A stretch of 64,000 nucleotides of DNA from Octopus vulgaris (GCA_951406725.2 OX597817.1:992001-1056000), one strand, 5' to 3'; shown: positions 25,730 to 39,350, numbered from the stretch's first letter. Program-made: numbers and translations. The notes: generated by a model not told the origin, from the sequence alone.

Positions 25730-26185
25730 GAGTGAGAGAGCAGAGCATGCTGTTAAAATGACACTGGGGCAAAATATATGAAGTCTAGTATACCCATCAT
25801 GACTTCCCATCTGATGAGGGTACACCAGGCTCATGCATCACAACCATATGTGCATGACATGGTGATCTAATATCAAAATAAACAGTGCATGACCTTGCAG
25901 GTGGGGGCCCAGTTAAAATTTTCTTCAGGTTGTGTAGCCCATCCCACTCAAAAGGTCCCTGAATAAGTGTTGTCTAAGGAGGTTGAATAAAACACTTGTG
26001 TTTCCAAAGGTGAATTATTTGAACTCCATAGAATTTCTTTCAACACATGACTATAATGCTCTCCCACTACTTCTGCTCGTGATCAGAGATGCACATATCG
26101 TCAGCCTCTAAGGGACATACTCAACTGGTTAAGGACAAAACACTGACAGGCAAATCTGTGGTATTGAGCAGAATATTTGCTCTAT
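25728..26185. mobile_element. Unclassified repeat adjoining (ATT)n; second copy at 38742-39300
   Basis: Both copies start gagtgagagagca...gtgacactgggg directly after (att)n tracts. Confidence 0.7.
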
Positions 26186-26462
26186 TATAATAATATAAAG
26201 TGGTGAGCTGGCAGAATTGTCAGCACACAGGGCAAAATGCTTAGCAGCATTTTGTCCATTTTTTATGTTCTGAGTTCCGATTCTGCCAAGGTTGACATTG
26301 TCTTTCATCCTTTCGGGGGTTGATAAAATAAGTACCAGTTGAGCACTGATGTCAGTGTAATCGAATTACCTTCTCACTAAACAGGTTGGCCTTGTGCCAA
26401 AATTATAAACCATTATTATTATTGCTGTTGTTGTTCTTATTTATTCTTTGTTTCTTGCCTAG

Positions 26463-26685
26463 GCAACCATTTGCTGCACTACAAATAACTGGCCTGCAAC
26501 AAGAACTAACTGACAACAAAAGAACTGATAACTCCAACAGTAGGTATCTGCCACCAGATTATAGACAATGTGGTTTTCTGAAATGTGATTTTACTATGCT
26601 TATTCCCAATGGGACTGCCATTGAGATAATGATGCGAAATCATATTGGGAAAGAGATTTGGAAGAGACCTGCTATACTGAAAAGG
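26463..26685 (+). CDS. FAS1 gene exon 7 (H1 of repeat c, with insertion)
   Basis: ttgcctag|G and AGG|gtatgt. Encodes QPFAALQITGL...CDFTMLIPNGTAI...AILKR. Phases 2 and 0 are consistent. Confidence 0.8.
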
Positions 26686-27558
26686 GTATGTATAACTCAC
26701 AGAAGTCTTATATATTTTAACCCTTCAACGATAAAAAAGTAAAACTTGAAATTTTTTTTTTTTCTATTTATACCAAAATACAGATAAATAACACATATCG
26801 AGTAAATTTTTAAAGAATTCAGCATTCAATATGCTTAATTTTTGGCATAGATAAATATTTTGCTTACATTAGGTCCAATTTACTTAAATCTGTGTGGTTT
26901 ATGAGAAGACACAGCTATCCTTTATGACTTGTGAGCAAATACTGAGTGAGAATAACACGATCTTGGTTATACATATGTTTTAGAGGAGTCCAATGAATTA
27001 GTAACTGTGGCTTAATTATAATTTATATTTCTTTTGTAATTTATGCTGAAAAGTAGTCCAATATATAGGAGAGAGTGACTGAAGAAATTAAGCATTTTCT
27101 TATAGCTTTTGTGACTAGCAATTTTGGTTTAAAAAGATATTGTGTGAAGTGTATCATAAAGTATAGTTTATCTTTTACTTGCTTTGACAGTCAACAGTGG
27201 CCATACTGGAGTGTACCCTTGAAGGGTTTAGTTAAATGAATTGACCTCAATACTTATTTTAAAGCTTAGTACTTATTCAATTTGATATCTTTTTGCTAAA
27301 CCACTAGGTTATGGGGATGTAAACAAACCACCATTGGTTTTCAAATGGTGGGGGAGAAACAGAGGCACAACGACAAACACAGGCATGCACATGTGCGCAC
27401 ACACACACACACACACACATGTACCAAATCCACCTACAAGACTTTAGTTAAACACTTACCCAAAGTGGAACAGAGTGGGATTGAACTCACGACCACATTG
27501 TTGAGTAACCCCACAGCCATGCCTGTATAAATAACAACTTTATTATTATTTCAAACAG

Positions 27559-27676
27559 GTCTTCCAACGAATGATATTCAAAGACCAGTGCATCTTCATG
27601 GATTCATTGGCTGATGGTATCAAAAATTTTGTCTCTTCCGTTGGAGTTCCAGTAGTTTTCCAAAAAAGTCAACTCT
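27559..27676 (+). CDS. FAS1 gene exon 8
   Basis: aaacag| and T|gtaagt. Encodes VFQRMIFKDQCIFMDSLADG...QKSQL. Phases 0 and 1 are consistent. Confidence 0.8.
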
Positions 27677-27974
27677 GTAAGTATGAATCATTTATTTCTT
27701 TTGTTTTTTCCCTTCTTTTATTCTCTCTCTCTTTTTCTTCCCTGTTTCACTCTGTCTGTCTGTCTCTTTCTGTCTCTCTCTATATGTATATATATAAATT
27801 ATATGGGTGGCTAATTTGCAATTTTACAACCTATATCTGTGACCTTAGGGAGCTTACCTCCCTTGTCAATCATTAAGATAGTGCTTCTGTAGCTCTTGAG
27901 TTGTTTTGACTCTTATTTCTAGTAATAATAGTGCTAATTAGTGCCCTTGGTCACTTTAGTGACATATATATACA

Positions 27975-29010
27975 GCTTAGATAAGTTTCGGCCAGTATAG
28001 GCCCAGATCATGTCTAACTTAATAGCACCACTTGGTGAAGTCTTTTAGTCATATATGGGCCCCCTCTAGCAAAGAGTTATTATTGATGGAGACATATCCG
28101 GAAGTAGGGGGTTAGTCTGGGATTTTTTTGAGAAATTTGCCCAGAGAACTTTTGAATTTTATGGAATTTTTTTTGACATATTTTGGTATAATAGTAAAGA
28201 GAAGTGGACTGGTTGAGGTAAAGTAGTTGTTTCGTAATATTGTTATGTGTCTTGAGTTTGATTTTTGTTGTGGGCAGATAGTATGGGGTGGGAGTCATGG
28301 GTGGATTTTAAAATTGATGCCAACATCATTTGTGCAATATTGATAGAATATTTTCCACTTTACACGAATGATGTAGCACTCATGGTAGCATTGGAGAGAG
28401 TAGATATTGAGTTTTTTTAGTTGAAGCCAGTAGTCAATGCCTGTCGTGTCATCTATCTTTCTTGTTATTGACCACTGGAGTGCTTTCACTTTCATAATCA
28501 GTTGCTTTGTGTGGGGAGACCACAGTGGGCAACAATATTCAAGGTGGAGTCAGGCAAAAGTAAAGTAAAGAAGGATAGTGATGTGGGCATCTCTAGACCG
28601 GTAAGCTTTCAGAATCCAGGAGCATATCTTGTGGGCCAAGTCAACCTTGCTATTTACGTGGGAACTCCAGCTTAGATTGTTATCAACAATTACTCCAAGG
28701 TCTCTGGTGTTGTTGGATGACACTAGGGAGTCACCCAAGGGAAGGGCATATGGTAGTTTCAAAGTATCCTCTTTTCAAAAGTGGATCAAATTAAACTTAT
28801 CTTCTTTTCTGCCCATTGGACAACAGCAAACAGATCCGACTGAAGGCATGTTTGGTCTCCGATGCCGTTTATGGCTTTCTGGAGATTGGAATTATCTGCA
28901 AAGATTTTCAATGTAGAAAGTTTGATGACATTTACTATGTCATTGATGTAAATAATGAAGAGGAGTGGGCCCAACACAGTACTTTGTAGGACACCACTAC
29001 TGACATTGGC
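27975..29010 (-). mobile_element. Older degenerate CR1-like LINE fragment (same family as 33430-34858)
   Basis: [31 protein letters not shown]. Shares the 3' UTR catgtctaacttaatagcacca with the copy at 33.5 kb. Confidence 0.85.
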
Positions 29011-29559
29011 TGACTTTATATATATATATAAAACAAAACAGGATAGTTTGTTTATATAACATGTTGTTACATAATCTTATGCATATTTCATTAACAATGA
29101 ATAAATATCAAAACAATGATAAATATATAAAGAAAATCTTACAATTAAGTGCATTGTGAAAGTTTCTGAAATTGTCCGACTCTCATTAGGGGAACATTAG
29201 GGAACATAATTTCTGTCGATTTAGCTTTTTTACTTGATTTAAACTAGGAATAGCATGCTGATTTCAAAACTAGAGTCAGTTTTCTTCTTTCACATCAAAT
29301 TCCTGTTTTTTTACAGCTTACCCTCTGAATAAGCACAATTATATTTTTGTCCATAAGTAATAGGGCTGGTCAGCTGCTTTTATTATTTTATTGATAACAT
29401 TAGGGAACCTTATTGAAAAAAAAATTTGTTTTCTTACTTTTTACAACTAGTCCTTCCTAATATGATGGTATTGGACTCAGAAATGCCCTCAGGAATTTTC
29501 TATCAGGTCAAGTTATTTTGTTAAACAGGAATTCATTTTTTACTAAAAAATGTCAAAAA

Positions 29560-29778
29560 TGCAAAAAGGGCGGGTCATTCGAAGTTTTCTTTCTTCAGTC
29601 AAGTTTCAGATTATCTTTGCAATTTTGGCTGGTTATACTTAAGATTTCTCCAATCTGGCCAGTCCCAAGGAAAAACTAAGCTAAGAGCGCTAGATTCTTT
29701 GGAAGAAAGCAGCGAATGTAGACGAAAACAACGACAGAAAAAAAGGGAAAAATGATACACAAATACAAATGCATATAT

Positions 29779-29834
<56 letters not shown>

Positions 29835-30334
29835 TACCCACATAGAACTTGTTGTATTTGTTACATTATATTCTATGCACAACATTTACCTGTTGATATA
29901 AATCTGTGTCATGGATGGGGCAGTTTGCTAGTGTGCATTGATTGCTGTCCCTTGTTTCTTTGCTAGGGGTATTCTGAGAGAGAGACCAGAGTGGGCTAGT
30001 TGTATGTCTAATCCTCTTCTTATGGCTCTTCGGATGGCTGTAGTTAAGGAAGAATGTGTTCCTGGGTTTTCTGTGTGTTCAGTGTGTCTGCTGTCTTGGG
30101 TACTTAAGTCAACTTACAATGGATATTGGGTCCCGTTGGTTTTCAGTACTTCTAGGGTCACCTCGTCCTCTGTCCTGCTGCACTTGCTCTGGATGCATGT
30201 AAATTCATTTCTGGCATATCCTAATTTGGCTGCTTTCCTGTAGAACTTGGTATGAATCTCTCTTCCCTTATTTTCAGTTGGAAGTCGAGCAGCGATAGGG
30301 ATCCAGTGTTGTCGAGATGTTCTATAGTGAACTG

Positions 30335-30335
<1 letters not shown>
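29560..30335 (-). mobile_element. Degenerate Penelope-like fragments
   Basis: - strand LSLLDFQLKI (RT C-terminal-like) and GKCCA.NI..QIQ (GIY-YIG-proximal-like). Confidence 0.4.
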
Positions 30336-30395
<60 letters not shown>

Positions 30396-30544
30396 ACAAC
30401 ATGGACAAGAACGTATAACTTATATATATATATATATATAGTTAGTAAATCCAAACAAGAAAACAAAAACAAAAAAACAATAACGCAACGACGTAGAACA
30501 AAGAAAGTATTATTGGACGCTCAGGAAAGAAGGGAAGAAGGAGG

Positions 30545-30579
30545 GTTTGACGTTTCGAGCGGAGCTCTTCGTCGGAAAC
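30545..30579 (-). ncRNA. Minimal hammerhead-like motif in a Penelope-type repeat (U4C variant)
   Basis: Minus strand: guuu CCGACGA agagc-ucc-gcuc GAAA CG UC^ aaac. Same repeat family as 51090-51290. Confidence 0.55.
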
Positions 30580-30729
30580 AGGAGAAGGAAAGACAGGGGA
30601 AAAAAATCGCTTGTGATACAGACGAGGTCACATACTAAAAGACGGAAGTAGTAAAGGTAGAAGAATAATGTTTTTTAAAAGACAGGAGAGCTATATCAAA
30701 GACTATATGGTAAAGAAAGTGAGAGGGGG

Positions 30730-32550
30730 AATGTGTGTGTGTAGTGTGTGTGGGTGTAGTGCGTGCGGGGAGGTCAGCGTGTGCACGTGTGTGTGTATGT
30801 GTGCAATGATGACACGTGTGTGTGTGTGTATGTGTATGGCGAACAACTGGCTAGCAGGCTAGTAGTAAGAATTAAGGAGTGGTGTTTAGGGTCCAATCGC
30901 AGGTCAAAAACAAAGAGGTATGTGTGTGTGTGCGTGTATGTATATGTATCGTGTGTGTGTTTTGTTTATAGTATGTGTGTGTTTTTGTGTGCATGCGTGG
31001 AGTTTGGGTGTGTGGCGATTAATTGTGCTTAACTTAGTGTATGTGTGCGTGTGTGCTTGTACGTGCGTGTGTATGTATAATTGTGTGCGTGTATGTATGT
31101 ATGTGTGTGCGTGTATGTATGGTTGTGTGGCGTGTGTATGGGATGTATGTGTGGGTTCATTTGTGTGTGTGTATGTGTATGTATGTGCGTGTAGTTGTGT
31201 GTGCGTGTATGTGTGCGTTTGTATGTGTGTGTGTGTAAGCGTCTATGGATGTATATGCGTGTATCCGTGGGGTTGTGAGTTTTCTTCGCACGTGTGTGTG
31301 CGTATGTGTACGTATGTGTATGTGAATTAGTGTGTGTTTGTACGTATGTATGTGTGTGTGCGTGTATTGTATATATATGTAAATGTGTGTGTGTGTGTGT
31401 GTGTACGTGCGTGGGAGTGAAGGTATGTATATATGTGCGTGTGTGTACAAATGTAGGGGTGTATATGTGTGTTTATATGTTTATATGTGTGTATATATAT
31501 ATGTATGCAAGCACACACTTTATAATTGAAAGATTGATGGAAAAAAAAACTTTTTTGGTGTGGGTGTATGTGAATCCACAGGTACACACACACACGCACT
31601 GACGCACGCCTGCAATACGGCCAACCCCATATGCATGTATGTATGTATGTGTGTGTGTGTGTGTGTATGTATGTGTGTGTGTATGTATGTATGTATGTAT
31701 GTGTGAGTGTGTATGTGTGTATGTCTGTATGTCTGTATGTATGTATGTATGTATGTATGTATGTATGTATGTATGTATGTGTGTGTATGTGTGTGTGTAT
31801 GTGTGTGTGTATGTATGTATGTATGTGTGTATGTATGTATGCATGTATGTATGTGTGTGTGTATGTGTGTATGTATGTATGTATGTGTGTATGTGTGTAA
31901 GTGTGTGTGTGTATTTATGTATATGTGTGTGTGTATGTATGTATGTGTGCATGCGTGTATGTGTGTGTGTATGTATGTGTGCATGTGTGTATGTGTGTGT
32001 GTATGTATGCATGTATGTATGTGTGTATGTGTGTGTGTGTGTATGTATATGTGTATGTGCATATGTGTGTGTGTATGTATGTGTGTATGTATGTGTGTAT
32101 GTGTGTGTGTATATATGTATGTGTGTATGTATGTGTGTGTATGTGTATGTTTGTGTGTGTGTATGTATGTTTGTAGAATGAATGTATGTATGTATGTGTG
32201 TGTACGTATGTATGTATGTGTGCGTGTGTGTGTGAATGTATGCGTGTGTGCGTGGGGTTTCCTCTGGAGTTGTGTGGGCGTAATGTACATGCACGTGACG
32301 TGCGTGTATGTGTGTGTGTGTGTGTGTGTCTGCTAGGTGTTTATAAAGGTGTGCGTATCTATGAGTATTGTCTGTTGGTGTGTGTGCACGGGCATGTGTG
32401 TGTGGGTGTGGGTGGGTGTGGGTGTGTGTATGGGTGTGGAAGTATGTGTGCGTACATGTGCGTGTAGGTTGTATGTGTGTGGTGTGTTGGAAGTAGGTGT
32501 GTTGGAGGGTGTGTTCGTGGATACGTGAGTATGTGTGTGTGTGTTTCTGT
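30730..32550. repeat. Long degenerate (TG/TATG)n compound microsatellite
   Basis: Direct inspection. Confidence 0.95.
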
Positions 32551-32559
32551 ATAAGAAAA

Positions 32560-33345
32560 AAAAAGGGGGAAGAGGTGGAGCGCAGTCACTAAGAGGAGGG
32601 GGCTGTGTTGAGTCCGTGTGGGGTATTGGTTTGTAGAGTGAATATGAAACGTTGCTCCAAGTGAAGCCTGGATTGTGGAGGACCATTGTGTGGAGCGAGA
32701 CCAAACACAGAGATGTCATCGGGGGAATGGCTGGCCGAGCGGAAGTGACGTGCGACGGGAGAAAAGGACCGTAGACGAACAACCCTTAGATGTTCGGCGA
32801 ATCGGTCTGACAACCGGCGTCCCGTCTATCCTATATACAGCATTCCGCAGAGGTTGCATTTAATGCAGTATATGAGGCCAGACGAAGTGCACGTAAAAGA
32901 ATGTCTGATACGTACAGTTTGCTGGTTGGAACCGGTGACAGCAGTGGTGTTGGTGATGAAGGGGCAGGTGTTGCAGCGGGATCTGGAGCACGGGACTGAT
33001 CCGTGTGGGGCTGAGGGAGAAGAAGAGAGGGTGCTATGGACCAGGAGGTCGCGTAGATTCCGGGCTCGTTTGAAGGAGGACAGGGGTGGGTTTGGGAAAA
33101 TGGAGCGGGTCGTGTGATCGAGCTGGAGGCGACGGAAGGCACGTAGTATCTTCCGACGAAGGGGTAGAGTAGAGGGGTGGAAAAGGAGGGGAAAGGGGGT
33201 GCGGTTGGGGGTGGGTGAGAAGAAGGAGAAAAGGCGGTGGTGCGGTCGATGCGACGGGCGCGGGCGAGGGCATTCAAGACCAGGGTAGGTGGGTATCCTC
33301 GATGCCTGAACAGGCGGGCCAGGTATTGAGACTGGGTCTCGAAAT
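32560..33345 (-). mobile_element. Penelope-like element, GIY-YIG endonuclease remnant
   Basis: FTCTSSGLIYCIKCNLCGMLYIG*TGRRLSDRFAEHLR...PVARHF...LEQRFIFTLQTNTPHGLN. Confidence 0.85.
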
Positions 33346-33429
33346 ATGTATATATGTATATATGTATGTAGGTATATATATATATGTATATATGTATATA
33401 TGTATGTATATATATATATATGTATAACT

Positions 33430-34858
33430 TAGAATAACTTAGAAAGGTTTTGGCCAGTATTGGCCCAGGCCATGTCTAACTTAATAGCACCACCTGGCGA
33501 AGTCTTTCAGTTCAGGATTTGGGCACCAAGGCCCATTCGAGCAGAGAGTTATTGTTTGCGGAGACATATCCGGGTGTGGGTGGTTTGTCCGGTACTGTTT
33601 GAAGGAATTTGTCCAAAGACTTCTTGAATTTTGTGTGGTCAGTTTCTTTTTTGACGTGTCCTGGTGTAATGTTGAAGAGAGCGGGTCCAATTGAGGTGAA
33701 ATAGTTGTGCCGTATTGTCGTTATGTGATGCGATTTAGATTTTTGTTGTGGACGGATGGCACGTGGTCCAAGCCTTGGATGCATTTTGAAGGTGATGCCA
33801 ACATCATTCGGATAGTGCTGATGGAATATTTTCCACATCATACAGATAATGTAGCGTTCACGGCGTCGTTGGAGTGAATACAATTTCAGCTTCTCTAGTC
33901 TACCCCAGTAGTCAAGGTCTGACATACCATCTATCTTTTTTGTGATTGACCTTTGGGGAGCTTCAATTCTCATAATATTTTGTTTTGTGTAGGGAGACCA
34001 CAGTGGACAGCAGTATTCAAGGTGGGGCCGGGCAAAAATGGAGAAGAGAAGGATAATAGCGTAGGAATCTCTCGACTGGAAGGTTCTGAGAATCCAGGAA
34101 CACATTCTGCGAGCCATGTCAACTTTGCTGCTTATATGTGTAGCCCAGCTTATGTTGTTGTCCACTGTTACTCCCAGGTCTCTGATGTTGTTGGATGCCA
34201 TGAGAATTTCTCCAGAAGGAAGAGAGTATGGGAGTTTCAGAGCGTCCTCCCTTCTAAAGTGGATCAGTTCGAATTTGTCTTCATTTAGCAACATGTTATT
34301 CTTTTCCGCCCATTGGACAACAGCCAGTAGGTCTGACTGAAGGTTTATTCGGTCATCCACGCCATTGATGACCTTCTGGAGCTTGGAATCATCAGCGAAG
34401 GTTCTGATGTTACTGTGTTTGATGGTGTCAGTAATATCATTTATGTAGATGATGAAGAGAAGTGGGCCCAACACAGTGCCTTGTGGGACACCACTGCTGA
34501 CTTTGGCTGGGCTGGATTTGACTCCTTCGACTACAACATGTTGGGTTCTGTTAGACATGAAGCACTTGATCCACTGCAGCAGCTTTCCAGTGACACCAAT
34601 ATTGGACAGCTTTCTCAGAAGGATCTTATGATCAACCCTGTCAAAGGCCTTGCTGAAATCAAGGTAGATGACATCAGTGTTGGAACCTTCTCCCAAGGCT
34701 CTCAAAATGTCATCAAAATGATGCAGTAGCTGCGTCAGGCAATCTCTCCCATTACGGAATCCATGCTGGTTGGGGTTCAGCATATTATGACTCTCAAGGA
34801 AGTGAGTCATACGCGATCTCAGCACCCTCTCAAATACCTTGATGATATGAGAGGTGAG
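33430..34858 (-). mobile_element. Young 5'-truncated CR1-like LINE with an open RT frame (~450 aa)
   Basis: Uninterrupted [12 protein letters not shown]...QHGFR...YLDFSKAFD...[14 protein letters not shown]...FADD to the stop at 33512. The N-terminal part of the tracked ORF is (TA)n. Confidence 0.92.
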
Positions 34859-34977
34859 TGATGTGTATATATGTATGTATATATATATATATATGTGTAT
34901 GTATGTATGTATATATATATATGTATATATGTATGTATGTATATGTATATATGCATGTATGTATATATATATGTGTA

Positions 34978-35031
<54 letters not shown>

Positions 35032-35034
<3 letters not shown>

Positions 35035-35975
35035 GAAAATAAGACAAGTTAGAAAATGCGAAAATAATTTTATCTGGAAATACATTTTAGTACCAGTTTC
35101 CGTCTTTTAGGCTTTTCAACTAAGAGTAAAACAAAAAAACAATTAGATTGGAGAAAAAGAAGTGAAAAAAGAAGGAGAAAGAGAAAAAGAGGAGGAAGAG
35201 AAGGAGAAGGAAAAGATGGAGGAGGAAGAGAAGTAGAAGTAGGGAAAGAAGTAGGAGGAGAAAGAAAAGAAAAATACAAGAGTGCTGTGACACAGTAAAT
35301 TGTTCGTAGAATCTTCTTTAATGGTCAAATGACCTAAGAGTGACCTGTTGTGGTCGTAGCAGTAGTGGTTATAATTGCTCTAAACTCTTGTAGTAGTTTC
35401 ATTTGTGGTGGTGGCGGCATTCAAAATTGGTTTATATTTTGCGACAAAATATGCTTCTTTGCTAATGCGCTGATTATGTTGCATTATTAGGTTGCATTAT
35501 TCCTGAATTCATAGAGGGGTAAAACTCTAAAGTTGGGTTGTTCATTAGTGGCGCAAATAGCGATGTGCTCCTTTAATGCTATTTTTCTGTATTCTCTTAT
35601 TTTAATCAGGGATCTATGTACCGTCATCCTCTGGCGTAAAATGTTTTTAGTTTGACCAATATATTGTTCTCGAGACTCTGAGCAAGTTAATACATATACT
35701 AGGTTTTCTTCTTCTCCTCTGTACCCAAGCTATTCCTTCAGATTTACTACTACCCACCTACTAGGCATTCACAAAAGAATAGAGAGAGACAGACTATCTG
35801 AAGATTATGGAAATATTTACCCATTTAAAGACTATGGAAATATCTACAAAACATTTCACTTAATGTTTTTCTTATTTTACTCTTAGTTGAAAAAGTCTAA
35901 AAGACGGAAATCGGTACTAAAATGTACTTCCTGATAAAATTATTTTAGCATTTTCTATCTTGTCTTATTTTCCTT
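35032..35975 (-). mobile_element. Penelope-like 3' fragment with inverted terminal repeats
   Basis: NLVYVLTCSESREQYIGQTKNILRQRMTVHRS (GIY-YIG) at ~35610-35705(-). ~100-bp inverted repeats at ~35032-35131 and ~35874-35975. Confidence 0.75.
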
Positions 35976-35994
35976 ATGCATATCAACTCTACCT

Positions 35995-36039
<45 letters not shown>

Positions 36040-36610
36040 CTATGTGTGTGTTTTTATCTACCTACCTACCTACCTACCTACCTATGTATCTACGTACGTA
36101 CGTACGTACCTACCAACCTACGTACCTACCAACCTACCTACCTACCTACCTACCTACCTACATACTTACCTACCTACCTACGTACTTACGTACCTACCAA
36201 CCTACCTACCTACCTACCTACCTACCTAGATACATACATACATACATGTATGCATACATACATAATACATGCATGCATATATACATTCATTCATTGTGTT
36301 GCAGAACATATTTAGGCAGATTTATCAAGTGAGAGTAACCTGGCTATGTCTAACCGGCCCATAGGAACTTACGTTATTTCAAACTCTTATGACGTCATGG
36401 GTCTTTTTTTATGTATGAACATGATTCCAATATACACTATGGCTACTCGAAACAGCTGATAAGACTATTACATAACTCCTTTGATGACTTTCTATTTTTT
36501 TGTCTGTACTCTGTATTTTGTATTCTATGTAAATGAATGCTTTAAGTCGACTTGTATTTATCTGACTGTCCACTTATATATAAATCTGAGTTTATCATTT
36601 CTTTTTGCAG

Positions 36611-36807
36611 CTCAAACAGTCCGACTTGGTCCTAAAGTCGCAAAAGTTTTGCATTCTGACCTGGCAGCCACAAATGGTATTGTTCACATCATTGACCAAG
36701 TTCTCTTTTTAAACGAAGATCTGTGGACTGGAAACGCTGCTCAGCCTCGACTTTCTCTTGTCTTAATGATCAGTTCACTCATCTTATTGTTGTGCACGCA
36801 CACGTGA
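36611..36807 (+). CDS. FAS1 gene terminal coding exon (H2 of repeat c + GPI-anchor-like tail)
   Basis: tttttgcag| acceptor. Encodes ...DLAATNGIVHIIDQVLF (H2), then small residues GNAA, a spacer, hydrophobic LSLVLMISSLILLL and TGA. This is the layout of GPI-anchored fasciclin-1-type proteins. Confidence 0.9.
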
Positions 36808-39309
36808 CCATAATTTTATTAAAAGGAAGACACGGATATATAATCAGATTGTTTTTACATTGAAAATGTGAATACAAATTTCATAAATGAAATACTGTGT
36901 GTGTGTGTGTGTGTGTGTACCTCTTCCTGGATGCTCGCATTCGCATATTCTCTGTTTACTGTTCATTGTTTGAATCTTTAGGACTAAAACTTTGTTTCTG
37001 ATTGCATCCTGGTACTGGATTTTCTCAAATACACAAATACTGACTTTAACTTTTAAAATATTTTAAAAGTGTTTCAAATTAGATGATATTTTTTCGAAAG
37101 CAGAATTGCCGTTAGAGCAGCTTTAAGCCAAAGTACTGGATATATTATCATTACAAAGTGGAAAAATTTGTCAAAAACATATTTTTAAAATATTTCACTG
37201 TATCTGAGGGACTGATGCAGGATTTAGATTTGAAACAGAAGCTTCATGTGTGCAGTTGAAAATATTCTGATTGAATTGGGAAATCAATGGAATGAAGAAA
37301 ATATTCGATAGAGAAAAAGGGCGTAATTGATGAAGGAAAGAAAGATTTGATGGAAGGAAATATTTGGTAAGAGATGAAAGGATTGGATGGGTAAAAGTGA
37401 AATTTAATAAAAGAAGAATGCAATAAATGAGTGAAAGAAAATCTGGATGAAAGGTGAACAATTAACTGAAGAAGGAGAGATTAAAGAAACGAAAGAAAAA
37501 TCTAAGGAAAGAAGAAGAAAGCAAATAAAATGTGTTGAGAAACAAAGGATAAAAAATATGAAAGAAATGGATGAAAGGAAAAACGAATAAAATAAAGTTT
37601 GAACGAGTAAACGATTTTAGTAAATCACAGAAATATTCTTTTGTTAAGAAAACAAACAAAAAATCATTCAGCAAAAAAAATAAAAAAATCTATAAAAAAA
37701 CCCAGCCATCTGTAATACTTCATTTTCTTTTCGCCCTTTTCAAGCCTAGCCAGGCTCATGGACCCGGTTTCCCGGTTTCTGTGGAGCGTGTGTTCCCCTC
37801 CAACGTTACTCAAGAAACAGGAAGAAAAAGTTGTGGTTGCCACCACCCCTTGCCGGAACCTCGTGGTGCTTTTAAACGCATACAACACCCAGTCTGGGAA
37901 TCGAAACCGCGATCCTCCGACCGCGAGTCCGCTGCCCTAACAACTGGGGCATTACGCCTCCACATCTGTAATATTACTGAAATTTTTATATAACAGCATT
38001 CTGTGTGTCTTACTTAATGTGGATACGCCGTGGAAAGCCACAAAACAGTATATCCATGTTAAGATATACAGATTGCTATTTTGAGTTCATACATCCATTG
38101 CTAATGAATTTTTGCCCACCCTGTCAGCTATTTGTGACAGAAGGGATTTGTTAATCATTCTGGACGCTTTTTGTCTGCTACTTGGACATCTGTTCTTTTT
38201 AGTTCTGTACGTCTATACAAGAAATTTTCTAAAGAGGAAAGCCACAATTTTGTGACTTTCTGACTGTAAATGTATGCTATACACAGAATACTACTTTGAA
38301 CAAACACTGCCTTCTTTGCCAATATTGAACTTGTAAATAATGAAAATACAACGGAACTCCAGACTTCTAGTTTCTGATTTAGGAACCTCGAAACAGTCAT
38401 TCAAAGTAAGCAAATATCTTTAAGTTCACATCGTACACAAAGGAAATGTAATTTATGTAATTAAACTGGATAACGTAATCCTAGGTATATGAAAAGATAG
38501 GATGATCATGGCTTAAATGCTTCTGATAATCTGTCTAATATATATCTGTATGTCTAAACAACAACAACCACTAATGATTTAGACTAATTGAAAGTTTTGA
38601 GTTCAAATGCCGCACCTTTTCGGAGTTGATAAATCAAGTACCAGTTGCACATAGGGCTCGATGTAATCGATTACTCCCCTCCCCTGAATGTTCAGGCCTT
38701 GTGCCTATACTAGAAAGGATTATTATTATTATTATTATTATTGAGTGAGAGAGCAATGCATGCCATCAAAGTGACACTGGGGTAAAATATACGAAGCCCA
38801 GTATACCCATCATAACTACCCGTCTGATAAGGGTACTCTAGGCACATGCATCACAACCATGTGTGCGCGACATGGTGATCTAATATCAAGATAAACAGCA
38901 CATGACCTTGCAGGTGGGGCCCCAGTTAGAATTGTCTTCTGGTCGAGTAGCCCATCCCGCTCAAAAGGTTCCTGAATAAGGATTGTTTAAGGATGTTGAA
39001 CGAACCACCCATGTTTCCAAAGGGGAATTATCCAAACCTCTAAGAATTCCTTTCAACACACGGCTATGGTGCTCCTCCACTACTTCTGCTTGTGATCAGA
39101 GATGCACATATCGTCAGTCACTAAGGGACATGCTCAACTGGTTAGGGTCAAACAGCTGACAAGCAAATCTGTGGTATTGAGCAGAATATTTGCTGTAGCC
39201 CATCTTTTATACCAAGACAAAACAATGTACATGATAACACTTGCAATCAGTTAAGATCAGAAGCCATGAGAGCCATTGCCTGGTACTGCATCAGGGCATT
39301 TACTGATAA

Positions 39310-39350
<41 letters not shown>

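Noticed and set aside
30668-32528. His/Thr- and Cys/Val-rich ORFs
   Set aside because: Translations of (TG/TATG)n. The same applies to YI-repeat ORFs at 13.5, 50.9, 51.7 and 57.3 kb and the Pro/His ORF at 7149-7664.
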